A stretch of 64,000 bases of DNA, taken from the NCBI GenBank assembly GCA_048013815.1, contig CM106586.1, positions 9,424,001 to 9,488,000 on the forward strand. Direction: 5' to 3'. How positions within the stretch are numbered: position 1 is the first letter of the stretch; each line of letters starts with the position of its first letter. The notes below the pieces were generated by a model, which was not told the DNA's origin, did no database searches, and worked only from the letters and a program-made list of their open reading frames with translations. Shown piece by piece: positions 23,701 to 37,614 of the stretch. This stretch comes from Setoptus koraiensis. Lineage: Eukaryota > Animalia > Arthropoda. Made by a program: the position numbers and the translations under genes.

Positions 23701-24837
23701 GCCAGAGATTAGACCGTGCCGGTCAGCAATTTCGGCCAGCGATTTCGAAAGGATTAAGAGCGCGCAAAAGCAGGCCAGCCAAAGTTAAAAGTTGCTCTCT
23801 GGCGATCGTGCCAGCTCGTTTGCACGAGTTTGCCGCGTGCTGGCCGCGATTGTCAGCGACCGGCGCGCGTTATAATGGACGCAGTGTTGGGCCCGGCGAA
23901 CAATAATTAATTTGCGCTTGTTTGCTCGGTCGGTTGGTCTCATTTTTCAATTATCTTTTTATACCTGACGCACTTGCAGCGCTCAGCGGTGGTGCGAGTG
24001 ACGCTCGGGAGCTTGTTAGTGGCACGCTGATAAAAGAATCGCTATATTGCTGCTCCGAGCGAATATAATTGTCAGATAAGCGAGCGAATATAATTGTCAG
24101 ACGATACCTGTCGAACGCCGGCCACAAGTTGATTGGATTAGCGACACGGGCTCAACAAACACGCCGATTGGGCCCATTCTTTTCATTCATTCGGCAGTGG
24201 TCATGTGGCACGACACAACAAGTGGCGCACAAAGGCCGGCACGCGTTCTCTGACAGGCGCTCGTGCGCCAACGCGAGCTAGTTGATTGTTCGCTACGTGT
24301 CGCCAATTGTTGCTCACTGCCGCTTACGCCGCTGTCGCTGTCGGCCGCTAGCTAGGGTCGACAAGTTTGGACGCCCCCTGCCGGCCGGCCCGCACTACTA
24401 TAACAACTACAACAAGTACGCCCACCACTGCCAATGACAAGCGCCAACGGAACTATAACGGATAATAAAACTATAATGCAAATGTAACACAACAATGGCC
24501 TGGCTAACAATGGTCTATTTGCCTCCGATAATCACAATCGCGCGACACTAATCCTCTCAGCTCGTCGGCCGGTGTCATGTCCAGTGGTTGCAGTTGTTGT
24601 GGCTGTCGTTGTGGCTGTCGTTGGCGCTGTTGTTGGCGCTGTTGTTGGCGCTGTTGTTGTCGTTGTTGTTGGCCGTGCCGTTTGTTGGTGTTTGTTCAAT
24701 TAAAAATTGAAATTAAAAATCAAAACTCAAAACACGCTGAATTGGCAGCGAAAACTCGCAAACATATAGCAGCATCAACAGCAGAAAACTGTTTGCTGAT
24801 GGCTGCGAAAGTGACAAAAAGTGACAGGCGCCCGTTA

Positions 24838-24840
<3 letters not shown>

Positions 24841-24873
<33 letters not shown>
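24841..24873. repeat. (AC)16 microsatellite
   Basis: Read directly from the sequence. Confidence 0.97.
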
Positions 24874-24875
<2 letters not shown>

Positions 24876-26958
24876 TCCGCTCAACTGCTCTTGAGTTGGC
24901 CCGGCCGAGCAACGGTCCGAGGCGCCCGCTCGAGCGCCATCCACTTCCGGTCTCGGCTCCGGCTCTGCGCACCGGCTGCACAGGCCGCTGGATCGTGCGA
25001 TATTTATCGCAGCCACCGCAGCCGGTATGAGCCAACGTGAGCCAATATGAGCCGATATGCGACAATATGAGCGCGAGCTGGCTGATCATGGTGCTTCGCT
25101 GCACCATTTCGCGCCATTTCGCTCTATTTCGCGCCCTTTCGCGCCAACTGCACGCTATTGCGCAATAATTGAGCGGCCTGTCGAAGCGCCGCAACTGTGC
25201 AAAATTAGCTTGCGCGGCCCAATCGGCCCAATCAGCGCAGCTTGAACAGGCGCGATGGGGCCCCGGACACAATTAAAAACGCGCGCCGTCTGACGGTGGC
25301 GTTGGAGTGACGCGCCGCGTGCGTCATACCCGTCACACTGAATGATACTAGCTGTGCCGACTGCGATATTGCGCCGATAGCGCCGATCAAGTCGCCATCG
25401 CGACAGAGAGGGAGACGGGGAGCCTCATCATCAAATTCAAATCAATCTTGGCGCTCATCGCGCCCCCATCACGTGCTGTGCCACTGTTCGGGGCGAGCGT
25501 GTGCCGGCGCTGTGCCATGATTCATTGTTGCTACAAACAAGCGCTACGTCATTATTGTCGTTATTGTCGGCGCCATTGTTATTGCTCGGCTTTGGCTATT
25601 AAAAATAATAACAAGGCGACGCGGCGATCGCGCCATCGATTAGCCCGACGGCGCCGCCCGAGCTCGGCCCACGTAACAGCGGCGCACAGCGAAGCCTATA
25701 TCGGGCGATCGAGTTGACTTTTGGCCGGCACCGCTGGCCGCGCCGTCGGCTCGGGCGAACGCAGTGGGAACCCCCGATTCGCACACTCGACCGCCAGAAG
25801 TGCACGCGCTTGTGCACGTGCCGCGCTGCGCCGTTTTGGCGCGGCCACTTTTGTCTTGGCCGCTTTGGCAAATAGCGGCGCCTCTCTATGTGTTTTGCGC
25901 GCGGTGCGGGGGCGTTTCGCTTGCGTGCTTTCTCTGTGCCGCTGTGGGCTGCGGCGCGGCGCAGTCGGGACAGTCGGGCGCGGCAGAGTGGGCCAGTCGG
26001 GACGGCCGGGCGCCGCGGCGACCGGCGCGAGCGACGGTCCGAGCGGGATCCCGAGAATTGATTTGTGTTTGTGTGTGACTTATGGCGCCACGGCCGCACA
26101 ACATCGCTCGTGATCGGCGACACAGTGGCGCAAGCGAGCCCGTTATTATATAATGTGTAATGTTGTTATTGCTGTTGTTTGTGTTATATTATCGTTATTA
26201 TTATTGCTGTTATTGGGCCGCTTATTGTCATGATTATGTAAGCCGCTCTGTTTATATTGTGTCCGTCGTGTGCGTGTGCGTTGTGCTCCGTTTGTATCGT
26301 TTGAGTTTGTATCGTTTGTGTTTGTATCGTTTGTGTCGCTCGTGTCGGTGTTTGTGTCGCCCGTGTTGTTGTTTGTATGTTTGCGCGTGCTGACAACGAC
26401 AACCACGGCCGGACAAACAGTGGCCCGTCTCGGGCTGATTATGCGATCACCGTTTCAATTTGACACACGGCCGAGCGGCTGACGGGCCGGCGGGCGAGCC
26501 GGCCGCTCGGCATGCAGATGAAGCCGGCGCCCCAAAGCGGAAGCGGCTCGAGTGTCAACACGGCGCGCTCTGGCTGCTGTCCGTGCTGCGCCACTGTTAC
26601 TGTAACAGTGTGACACTGCACAGACACTGTATCTAAGGCACAGTGTGTAACAAGTAAATAAACGGTCATCACTCATCGTTCGGCCACCACTGACCAGTGC
26701 TGCGCATTGCGTCACCGGCCGACGGCGTGGGCGACAATGGTCGCTCAACGGCCGCTGGCGGCGCGCAAACAGTTGACAGTTATTAGACCGGTCGGCTCTA
26801 ATGATACAATTACTCGCCATTGGCAACATCCTAATGACGTCCACACCAGCCGCACCCTGGCGGCCGCGCCGACAACCACCGCTGACCAGCGGTCAATTTG
26901 CTGCGCGTCGCCATACGTCTCCAAGCGTCGCCATACGTCTCATCATATCGCCGCACAG

Positions 26959-27015
26959 CGATATTGCATAACGCGATCGGCGCGCAATCGCCGCATGGCG
27001 CGTTACGCAATATCG
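26959..27015. repeat. Inverted repeat: 17-bp arms (one mismatch) with an inner CGGCG/CGCCG stem
   Basis: CGATATTGCATAACGCG-atCGGCGcgcaatCGCCGcatgg-CGCGTTACGCAATATCG. Confidence 0.85.
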
Positions 27016-27660
27016 ATGGCCATATCGCACACGGCGAGCGGGTTGGCGTTATTTGCATCGTTTGCGACGGAACGAGACGGCGGGCGCCAGTGAGAGACAG
27101 CGCGAGACGGTGTGAGACGGCACGAGATGAGATGGCCAGATAAGATTAATTGGTGCAGTGGCCCGCTCGTCGGGCCGTGTCTTGGGGCCGTTCCTGGGGG
27201 CCGCAAGCGGCGCACAGATAATCGGCGAGATTGCCCACACTGGCCAACGAGAATCGGCCGCTGGCCAGTGTTTGTGTTTGTTTAGCCAGATTAGTGGCGG
27301 GCATAATGATCGGCGAGATTATCGCCGCGGCCCGTTGCGGCACCGTCGGCGGGCCGCAACGCGCCGCTTTATTTTTATTTTGCCGTGTGCCGGCCAGCAT
27401 CAACCCGCGACGATTGTGCCCACTGTGCCCACAATAACCGCACAATCGTCTCTTGGCTCACTGTTACATAATAATCTTCTCAGCGTGAGCTGCGGTCTGC
27501 CCGATCGGCTCACCGCAACGCGCCCCAACTGCCCAATCACAACTGCTGTGGCCCGTTCGTGGGCTATTCACGGCCGGTTACGTCACTGTTGCGCCCTCAT
27601 GGCCGCGCCACTCAGCACAGCGCCACAGCAACCTCTTTCGGCCCCCCCCCCTCCCAAATT

Positions 27661-27726
27661 GGCGCACAAACACGCGCAAATGGGCGCACAAACACGCGCA
27701 AATGGGCGCACAAACACGCGCAAATG
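27661..27726. repeat. 22-nt tandem repeat (GGCGCACAAACACGCGCAAATG) x3
   Basis: Read directly from the sequence. Confidence 0.9.
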
Positions 27727-27756
27727 CGCGCTGTACGTGCACCGTTTCGCGCTCGT

Positions 27757-27832
27757 TGAGCGGTGCGATATTGTTGATATTGTTGATATTGTTGTATCGC
27801 GCACAGCAATATCAACAATATCGCACCGCTCA
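27757..27832. repeat. Perfect 26-bp inverted repeat with a 24-nt spacer
   Basis: TGAGCGGTGCGATATTGTTGATATTG (27757-27782) is the exact reverse complement of CAATATCAACAATATCGCACCGCTCA (27807-27832). Confidence 0.95.
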
Positions 27833-30800
27833 TATCATCATGTACCGTACATGTTAACAGTGCTGCATGCGTGTGTTGCGTAATACATATTCAGTGGCTC
27901 GGGTCGGTGTGACAGCGAGTGTGTGAACTAACCTATCACCTAATACTCATTATATAACTTATAAGTCATTAAGTGCGCCAAGTGAAAGTCGCAACAGCGC
28001 CCAAAAACGACGCCACCAGCTACTCGTAACGTTGCTCGTATCATTTGTTATTTACATGTAACACGTGGGACACGCCGGGCCCCATCGCCAGTGTTGTGAG
28101 CGGCCCACAGTGGCCATAAAAGCAGATATAAATGGGCCCCGAAAGATCACACAGCACAATTGAGCGTGTGAGATTCACGCGTGGATATCTGTGGATCGCG
28201 CAAGGCCGCAGCTGCCGAGCCGAGCCGCGCTGTGCCGAGCGTCGTCTGTGCCGCTACCGGCGCCTCGTGTGCCGCCACCGGCGCTTCGGGTGCCGCCCGT
28301 TCCACAATTGCGCCACTGGTGACATTCGCGCCGGTTGCGCCAGCGGTGCGAGGGGCTCCGAAGAAAAAAGAACCGCTAATGCCCCCACTAATGCCACCGC
28401 GGGCCGGCCATCAGCGAGCGAACGACGGGCAAACGGGGCCAAAGTGCTAGTTTGAACGCAGCCAGAGACGCGCCAGGGACCCAACGGCCGCCTGTATCGG
28501 TATCGCATTTGGGTGTGTGAAACGGAATCCCGGGGCTGCCATCGGAACATGGGAACATTATGAGCCGGTTGGCGCCAACAAGCAAATGTGTGTCACAACA
28601 ACAACGACAACAACGACAACAACGACAACAACGTCAACAAGCGCGACAGCGCCAACTACAACTGGAACAACTTCATTGATAATTAATTGTTTTTGGGCCG
28701 GTCGCGGGCGCGTCGCCGCTTGCGGCCCGCAACAATGCGCGCCTGGCAGCAGCAACAATGGACTTGGTTGTTTGTATCCCATTACAAACAAGCGGATCGA
28801 GTTGCCAATAATGACCGGCCCGTCATAATGAAGCCAATCATCGTCGCCGGCGCTCTTATCTCGCTCGCTTATCTGTGCCGTTGCTGGCATTGGCCCGCTG
28901 AGGCTCACAATCACGGGTGCGCGTGGTATCGCTACTTATAATCAGGCGCTCGGTTTATTGACTGGCGGACGGGCCGCGTTTACCCGAGCCACCGCCCGAT
29001 CTGATTTATCGCCGCCTGCATGTTAAGCTGACTTATCGGGGGCAGCCACCGGTTGATTGTTGTGTGCGAGCTGCCAGGTTGGCTTCTGTGGTGCGCGGTC
29101 AACGCGCGTCCGCGCTCGCGTCTGCGGGCACCCAATGGGGCGCCGCTGGCCGGCCCGGCAACTGGCTAGTGATATAGCCTGTCGGTGATTGGTGCCCGGC
29201 GTGTTTTATTGCCAGATATCGCAATTGTTTGCAGTGGCTAGTGGCGCTTGTAATCTGCTCACGAAATCGCTCCTTCCATTAGATTAATGCGTCAGATTAA
29301 TTTTTATTTTATTCAATTGTGGCTGTCGTTGTCGCTGTTGTCGCTGTTGTTGTTGCTGGCGTTGTCGTTGTCGCTGCTGTTGTCGTTGCTGTTGTTGTTG
29401 GTGCTGTTGTTGTCGTCGTTGTTGGCGCTGTTGTTGTTGTGGTTGTGGCTGCGGTCGGGAGTCAGGGTGACACGACGACAACTCAATTATGGTCGCTGCC
29501 AGCGCGACAAATGAAACGCGATACCACTCGCCGTTATCGGTCGCCCCACAGCGACAACAGCGACACCGCCAGCGACAACAACAAACAACGACAACAACGA
29601 CAGCGACAACAACGACAGCGACAACAACGACAACAACAAACAACAAATTGTACAATTGTGGCCGACGACCAACAAATCCGGCCCGGCGGCCAGCGCCGAC
29701 CAGATTGATTGCCGGACAATCGATGCAAATTGAATTAAGCTCGCACCGGACTCAAATCCGCACGGCGCGCCAAACAAACGCGTCTGTTTTTTATTTATCT
29801 TTTATTTATCTGTCATCTGTCATCTTTCGCTGTGCAGTGGCACTGGCCCCTTACAACAACCTTGTCAGTGGCGAATTGCCAGTAGCAACAGTTGATACCA
29901 GCAAGCGCTTTGTTTGCCCCCTCGTCGGCCCATTGTTTTGGCCTCACGTTGGCGCTGATTGGCTGTTGTGAGTGATTGTTGGCCGGCGCCATAGCTGCCA
30001 ACTCTGCCGTTTATCCGCACGAATTTGTGTATCCGCGCACCGCAATCGGCGCGCAATCGCCCGCAACTCTTTTGCCCCGGCCCGGCCACTCCCACCGGCC
30101 GCTTGTGCTCAGACACAAGCAGGGCCGGTTGCGGTCGCCAGTGGCGACCCCCGGCTGCGCCAGGCTGCCCCGAAACCGCCCGGAGCGCCCTCCCCACGGG
30201 CGGCTCCACGCCACGAGCTCGCTACATATTGGCGCGTATGCGATCGGCACACATGCCTGGCAATGCAAGCCGATATGTATCAAATCGATATACGCCGATG
30301 CGCATCAATATAGAGCGATAATTGCGGGCACCGCGCGGGCATGCGGGCGTACGCAGCGCAGCGGTGAGCGGCGGGACCGTGCGACCGTGTTGACGGGCGC
30401 GCAACGGCGACGCGCAATGACAAGCGTCGTGACCAATAATTGACCAATCAAATGAAATCAAGTGGAAGCGGCGCGTCCGAAGTGCGTTTTTTGAGAGTCA
30501 GTTTGTTGGCTTTATTATCGATTTTATTGAGTGATTCGACAGTCACTAGCTGGCAGCCCCACAAGCCAACAAAGGGCACAATGCCCGTGCGCAGTGCGCC
30601 CCGTCTGGCGGCCGCAAACGTCGCCACGGAGCCGCACAAACCGACGGGCCGGCATCCGCGCGCGATAATATCACCGCTCTACATGCTGTTGTGCCCAAGC
30701 GAATATCTGGCCAATTGTGGCAGCACTCCATTGATTTTTGACAGCCACTTTGCAGCAACTGACAGCGCGGTCGAAATTAAGTGACTGCTCTCATTCTCTC

Positions 30801-30846
30801 GCTGTCACACCGCCGCCGTGTCACCCCGTCGCCTCGGACGGAATGG

Positions 30847-30942
30847 CGCGAACACTCGCCTATTCGTCGCGAACTCTCGCCCATTCTCAGCGAACTCTCG
30901 CCTATTCGTCGCGAACTCTCGCCCGTTCGGCGCGAACGTTCG
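30847..30942. repeat. 21-nt tandem repeat x4 plus a partial copy (CGCGAACTCTCGCCYATTCGT)
   Basis: Units start at 30847, 30868, 30889 and 30910. One + frame reads REHSPIR RELSPIL SELSPIR RELSPVR. Confidence 0.9.
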
Positions 30943-33900
30943 GCGCGGATGCGTTCGCCGGAGCGAACGCCCGTCAAGCGTCGGCGCTCGTCGGGCCCCG
31001 AAACGGAGTCGGTCGCGACAACCGGCGACGGGTCCCCCGTGTTCCGCCGGGCGCTGCCACCAGCGACAACGGCGACAACAGCGACAACGGCGACAACGGC
31101 GACAACGGCGAACTTTGTCAATATCCGCTCCGCTTTTGGCCCTTTTTTGGTGCTCCGACAGCTCGACGGCTCGACGTCCCGGCGGCCCGCCGCCTCGAAC
31201 GCCCGGGTTGACTGTGCGGGGCAGCGCTGCTGGGCGGCCGCGCGGGGAACGGAAGCGGCGCCGTTTATAGGCCCCTTATTGGGCCTCGACTGCGGGCGCC
31301 GCGCAGCGCCAAATTCAAACGTCCACTCGAAGCGTTCGAGTCGAACTGTTCGAATGCTCGAGTCGAACGTCGATGGCACTGTGCCGCTGAGCGCCACGAC
31401 TCGGCCGGCTGTGCCGCGCGGAGACGACAATCATTGTGAGACAATGTCACAATCAAAGTGGAGACGACACTGTCGGCCATAAACTATTGCCGCTATTACA
31501 TGGCAGTTATTAGTTTGTTATTGTGCAATTTGATAATCGGCGCGACCGGCGCCGCGCCGGCTTCGCCTGCTTCGGCGGCCCGATCGCCGCTGGTGGGCGG
31601 ATAATTCGGGCAGCGAGGCGGCGATCGAACGAGTTCTCGCAGCTCCACCAACAACAACGACAGCAACAACAACAGCAACAACAGTGACAACAACGACAGC
31701 TCATTTGACGTGATTTCGGCCAACGAGGGCGACCTATAAAGTCGCCGGTCACGCTCTCGAGTGCTCACAATGTGACGGTGGTCACTCGAAACATGATACA
31801 CGCCAATTGCGTTTAATTTACTGCCCTCAATGTGTGTATTATCTCTTTTAGAGCGCTCTAATGCGCACCATCTGATATGCTTAGTACGCTCCACTGATCG
31901 CTCTGTTGTTTGCTGGCGGCGGCCGGTTGTTGTCGCCGCCGTTGATTACTCGACTTGACTAGTTCTCGCTCCGGCCCGCCTCTAGCGGCGCGGCGGTCGG
32001 CCCGCGAGCGGTTGCGGCGGGCCGGTCTAATTGTATGTCCGTCTCATTCGCGTTTATTGGCTGCGCCGCGACGCGGCCAATAAATTGATCAAATTTATGC
32101 GCGCATTGTACACGCCAATTCACGTATCGATATGCACTGACATGTACACTGATATATGCGTATTGGCACCGCAAATTGTTGCAATTGTTGCATTTGCGAC
32201 GTCCAATTGAAATATGCAATCAGTGTCTCGAGCGGGCCGGGTACCCGCGCGCGGAGCGGCGTGACCGGGGTATTGGCGCCGCGCCGTCAGCGGGTCGCGA
32301 CGGGAACGGATCCGTTGGCGCTAACGTGTTCCGAACACTGTGCTCGAGCGCGACTGTGCGCGGGACCGATCGGGGCACACACAAACCCGACTGATTCGAG
32401 GGCGATTCGCGAGCGACCCGAAAGCGAGCGGCGAGTTGTGAGTGGCGACTCGGTTGCGTCTTCATTCGATTGCAATCATCGCCGGGCGAGTCGCAATTGA
32501 GCCAGCGGCGCGCCGGTCAGCGGCGCTGAGCGAGCGGTCAATGGTCAAGCGGGCGGATATTGTGCACATTGTGTCAATGTGTCATGGCTCGCCGCTCAAT
32601 CACACAAATCAATTTTCGTCAGCGTAATCTCAGCGCAGCGCACAGTTAATCGGAACAAACGTGACGACTGGCCACAATGGACGCTGGCCAATGGTCAGCG
32701 AGCAAATTTTTGCACGACGCGCCGACGACGCTCGTGACATGACTATTTGCTCTCTTTCGCTTGTAATAACGATAATAACAGCAACAATGAGCAATCAGGA
32801 TAATGCACAATAATAGCAGTGATAATCAAAATCATAATCACAATCAAAATCATAATCATAAACGCATAATCGCAGAGCCGTCATGCGATAATGACAGCAA
32901 TCATGTCTGACGCAACCATGTTGACGCGCGCAGCAGCTCGCCGATCAGCTGGCACGGACAAATGTCAAATTTGACAGTTCACATGTGTGTGTGCGGCGCA
33001 CAAACACTGTCCAATAGCGCAGTTGTCAATTGCGCTCAACATTGACAGCGTCTAACAACGTTTGTACATTAGTGACGTGTATTAATGACGTAACCTTTGC
33101 GCCGCTTTGATGAGTCAATCACAGACGGCATGCAAATGAATGTTTGAATGAGACGACGGCGGCCGCGGCACATTTGAGACCGCGCATTGCGTCATACGCT
33201 GGCGGGCCGGCCATTCATACTTGCGTTACGTACGCCGGCTTTTAATGGCCGGGCCGCTTGGCCCGCTTGGCGGCGCCGACATATAAACACGGTCGGCCGG
33301 GCCGGGCCGGTCGATATGAATGTGTCCTATAATGATGTTTCATTCAATACGTAACGCCGTGCGCGCCGCATGAATAATGCAGCCCACGCATGTTACGCAA
33401 TAATCGATCATCATTCATAAACTGTCCAACTGTTTAACTATTTAACTATTCAATAGTTTTTTCTTATTGCCCCCTCTTATTGGCCCTTTGTTGGCCAGTC
33501 GTCGATTGAGGGGGCAGCGGCGGCAAAAGTTGTTGTCGCCGCTGTTGGCGCTGTTGTCGCTGGCTGGCTGGCCGGCCGGCTGGCTGGATTGTTGGACACG
33601 ACGTCGGACACGACAACGGAGCGCAACACGACACAACACGAATTATGCAAATCGCCGGCCATTCACAACAATAACAAGTTGCGCAATGCGCAGCCACATC
33701 GGGCACAACGGCACACATTTTATCATCGATAGGCCGCTATCTCGCCAGCCAGTATCTCGCCAGCCAGTATCTTGGTAGCCAGAAGCTGGCGCTGGTGGCA
33801 TCGTTGCGTCGGGCAGGTAGTTTTGATTTTGCATCCAACGCCCATTAGCTGCCCGCCGGCCCGGCGCTTGCGAGAGACGAAAATCCGAGGCTCCGCGAGG

Positions 33901-36900
33901 CGAAAATCCGAGGCCCCGAGAGGCAGAAGAAACGAGGCGATGAAACGAATGGCTCGCTAATGGTCTGCGCCTCGGCTTTACTGACGTTTGCTCGCCTTGC
34001 GATATCCGTTGGAATGTCGCGACGATTTGGTTGAAAGTTTGGCTCAATCTCTCGGGCGAATTTCCCTGCATTCGCTAGAAAGGGAGCCAAATCAAACGAA
34101 AATCAACCGGGCCAACGGGAACAATGCAACCAATGTGCTATGGATAATATAATACGCGGATAAAATAATACAAAATAAACTGCCTGCTGAAACAATTGCG
34201 CGCCACGCTTGACCCGGCCCCGGCGGTGTTTCGATGGCGATTCGAGAGTGTCGAGATGTTAATCTTTGAAATCATCGCCGATTGCGAGTGGGCCAAATCC
34301 GTGCGAGCGGGCCCATTCTCGCTGCCCGACTGGCTGGCCGAGTCTTATTGCGAATGTCATCAAATATCATCGAATATCATCAAATATCGTCGAATATCAT
34401 CGGATATTGTCGAATATCACCGAATATTATCAATAATATTCGGCGACATCATCATCGACACCGGCGTCATCGATGCTATCATCACCGACGACGATTATTA
34501 TTGGTTATTACGGGACAGCTCGCTTAATGGTCATGTTAATGATAATGGTGCAGCGCTGGGTGGCGCAGCGGTGATAATAGCGCCGATAATAACGGCGATA
34601 GTTGTTTCAAATTGGCGCCCGGCCCGCCGAATAAGCCCGAATGAGCCCGAATGAGCCCGAATAAGCCCGAATGAGCCGCACGGGCCGCGGCTGCCATGAC
34701 GGATATTTCGCGCCGAGCGGACCCGCTCCGTGGATAATAATAATTCAACGGCGGCTCGCGAGCGACGCCGGTCTCGCTTTGGTCGCCCCCGCAGAGCAGC
34801 ACGTGCAGCCGCACCTCATTGGGGTGCCGGTGGCGCCGAAAAGTAGGTTAGTTTTTTGAGTCACGGGCGCCCAGTTGAGGCCCGCAAGTCGCTGCGGCCG
34901 CTTGCCGCGCGCGTATATTAATTCTTGTGCGCCGCCCGGGCTCGTTTTGCGTCGGGAGTGGCGGCGCGGCGCCGCGACGGGCCCAATTGGCCCGGTGTTG
35001 CGACGGTCACATGATGAAAAAGAAATAAAAACAAAATATTCAATGTAAAACTGGCGACTAGTTATCTGGCTGGTTTCGTCAAGCGTTGCATCAACTCTCG
35101 AGCCGCGCCGCACGGAGCAGAGTCACAATATAGAGTGGGTGCCCCGATACGCCGATACGCGCCTGGCCAATATATATTAGCCCGGCTATTAGAAAACAGT
35201 TGGCAAACTGTCGGGATAAGCGGCGGATAAATACCTGAGCGGTTTGGCCCCGGTCGCGGACGCGCGCTGGCTGTTGTGCGCGACTCGGCGGGCTCATGAA
35301 TAATTTATGATGGCGCTCACGCGGCGACGATTTGATTCAATTTGAACCGACGCCGTTCGCCATAGCGCCCGTTTAGCCGCCATTTGGCGCGGACCGGCGA
35401 AGAGCGGGTAAAGGGTGGGAGCGCGATGGGAGCGGCAGGGAGAGTGGCGAATAAAGAGCAGAAATTTGCTGCTGTCAGCGGCCGTCTGGCGGCTAGCCCG
35501 AGCGAGCGTCGGCGGTCGGATACCCGCCGACAGTCAGTGAGAGCCTGGCGTCGCCGGCCGTGAGCATGGGCCGAGTCAGTGAGCCGGCGGGTATCAGTCA
35601 GTGTGCGGGTGCGGGGGGGGGGCGCCGCATTTTCGAATACATAATAAGTTGACACTTTGTTAGTCGTTATTGTCGCTGTCGTTTTATTATACAATATGGT
35701 AATAATAACGATAATATTAGATAATAATTCGTCCAGCCGGCTCGCTCGTTGTCTGGCGGCCAATTTCTCGCCCGCCAAGCTAATATACGGTTATAATGTG
35801 AGTGTTTATACAACTATTATGGCCCCGTGCGGCACACTTACTGCAGCAAATTTATCCCTTCCGGTCAGTATGGCCATAAAGTGACCACTGTCTAATGCCC
35901 GTCTAATGCCGCTGTCACAGGGCCATAATGCAACCAGCTGTGAGCGGTCTTGGCCGCTGTGAGTCGGGCCGGCGTGAGTGGCGCTGGCGTGAGTCGGGCC
36001 GGCGGCAAGCGGGCCGCTGACGGCGACAAAGAATGGGAGCCAACAACTTGTCTCACATTGTATAATAATGTATATGACACAATATGAAAGCGTGCAATAT
36101 GGTGCCCGTTGAATGGAAAATAAACAACGGGCGCCGCTGCATTATCGAGCAATAAAAGCATTCCTATGGCACCGCCAACAACGGGGCCCCAACAACAACA
36201 ACCAGCGGCCATAACAACAACGACAACAATAACTCACGCCGGCGCTAAACTGTCGCCTAAACGCAACCAAATTTAACGCCTCTATAACGAGCGGCCAAAC
36301 TCGTTCGAGCCGGGGCCCCTCTTTATAGGACCCTATAAAACGGCGCGCTCTTCCGGGGCCCCAACTGCGCCCAACTGCGCCCAACTGCGCCCAACTGCGC
36401 CCTACTGCGCCCTACTGGCCGGCCCGGAGTGTGCCGCACTGTCGAGCCATCCGCGCGTCGAGCCATTTGTGCGTCGAGCCGGCCCGGCGCAGGTAATCGA
36501 GCCGCTGTCGAGCTCGCTCGTGGGGCCCATTTCCCCTTCATCTATTTATTTCGCGTGTCGGCCCATTTCGGGCTTGCCGCTCGCATGGTGCCCGATGTGC
36601 TGCGATCAACGGCGTTTAGAGATGGTATCAGCTCAATTTCGCGTTGTCATACAACTTTTATTGGAGGCTCATTCGCTCGTTTTGGAGCATGTAAACTTTT
36701 GTTCAAATTGGCGCCATTCGAATTGAATTTGATTTTATTTTATTTGTGATTTTATTTGATCGAGCGCCCCGTTCACAAATCGCAATTTTTGTCAATTTAA
36801 TTTCCTATGGCGCCCTAATCTGGTTGCGCAATCGCCGGCTCACAATCTGTTGTCGGACAACAACAATACACACACACACACACCCATAACGGACCATCAT

Positions 36901-37214
36901 TTATCAAATGGCGCCATGACAGACACGACACAAGCCAATGACGCAATCACATCATATGTACATACATATGATGTGATGTGATTGCGTCGCTTTCAGTCGG
37001 CTTGCTGGCGAGCAAGCGCGAGCTAATGATTTCGTGATAAATGTTGTTGTTGTTGTTGTTGTTGTTGCTGTTGTTGTTGTTCACTCTAAGTCTCTCTCTC
37101 ATGGACATGTCACTGTCATTAGTTGGTATTAATTTCAATTACTACACATCACTCCATAGCGCCGCATGACCGTTATCTTGTGCCCCTGTCCATTGTGCAG
37201 TAACTGTTGCTGTT

Positions 37215-37295
37215 GTTGTCGCTGTTGTCGCTGTTGTCGCTGTTGTCGCTGTTGTCGCTGTTGTCGCTGTTGTCGCTGTTGTCGCTGTTGTCGCT
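37215..37295. repeat. 9-nt tandem repeat GTTGTCGCT x9
   Basis: Read directly from the sequence. Confidence 0.95.
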
Positions 37296-37614
37296 GTTGT
37301 CGTTGTTGTTGTCGCTAGCAATGACGCAATTGTTTAACCGTGTGTCACGATTGCGCTGCACAATAGGGTGCTGCTGTGATTGCTTGGTCGCCTCTTGCTC
37401 GGCTTGACTCACACAAGTAGCGGTCGGCTAGCATAGATAATATATTATATTGTATAATATATATATAATACAGACAGATCACAAGCGGCGATAATAGCTT
37501 GACAAGCGGCGCCAGCCAACACAACGCAGCGCGATCAGCCACTGACTTGTGAGTCCAACTGTCTAACGGTCCAGCGCTTGTCGCGCGTTCACGCCAACCG
37601 GCCCCATCGGCTCG

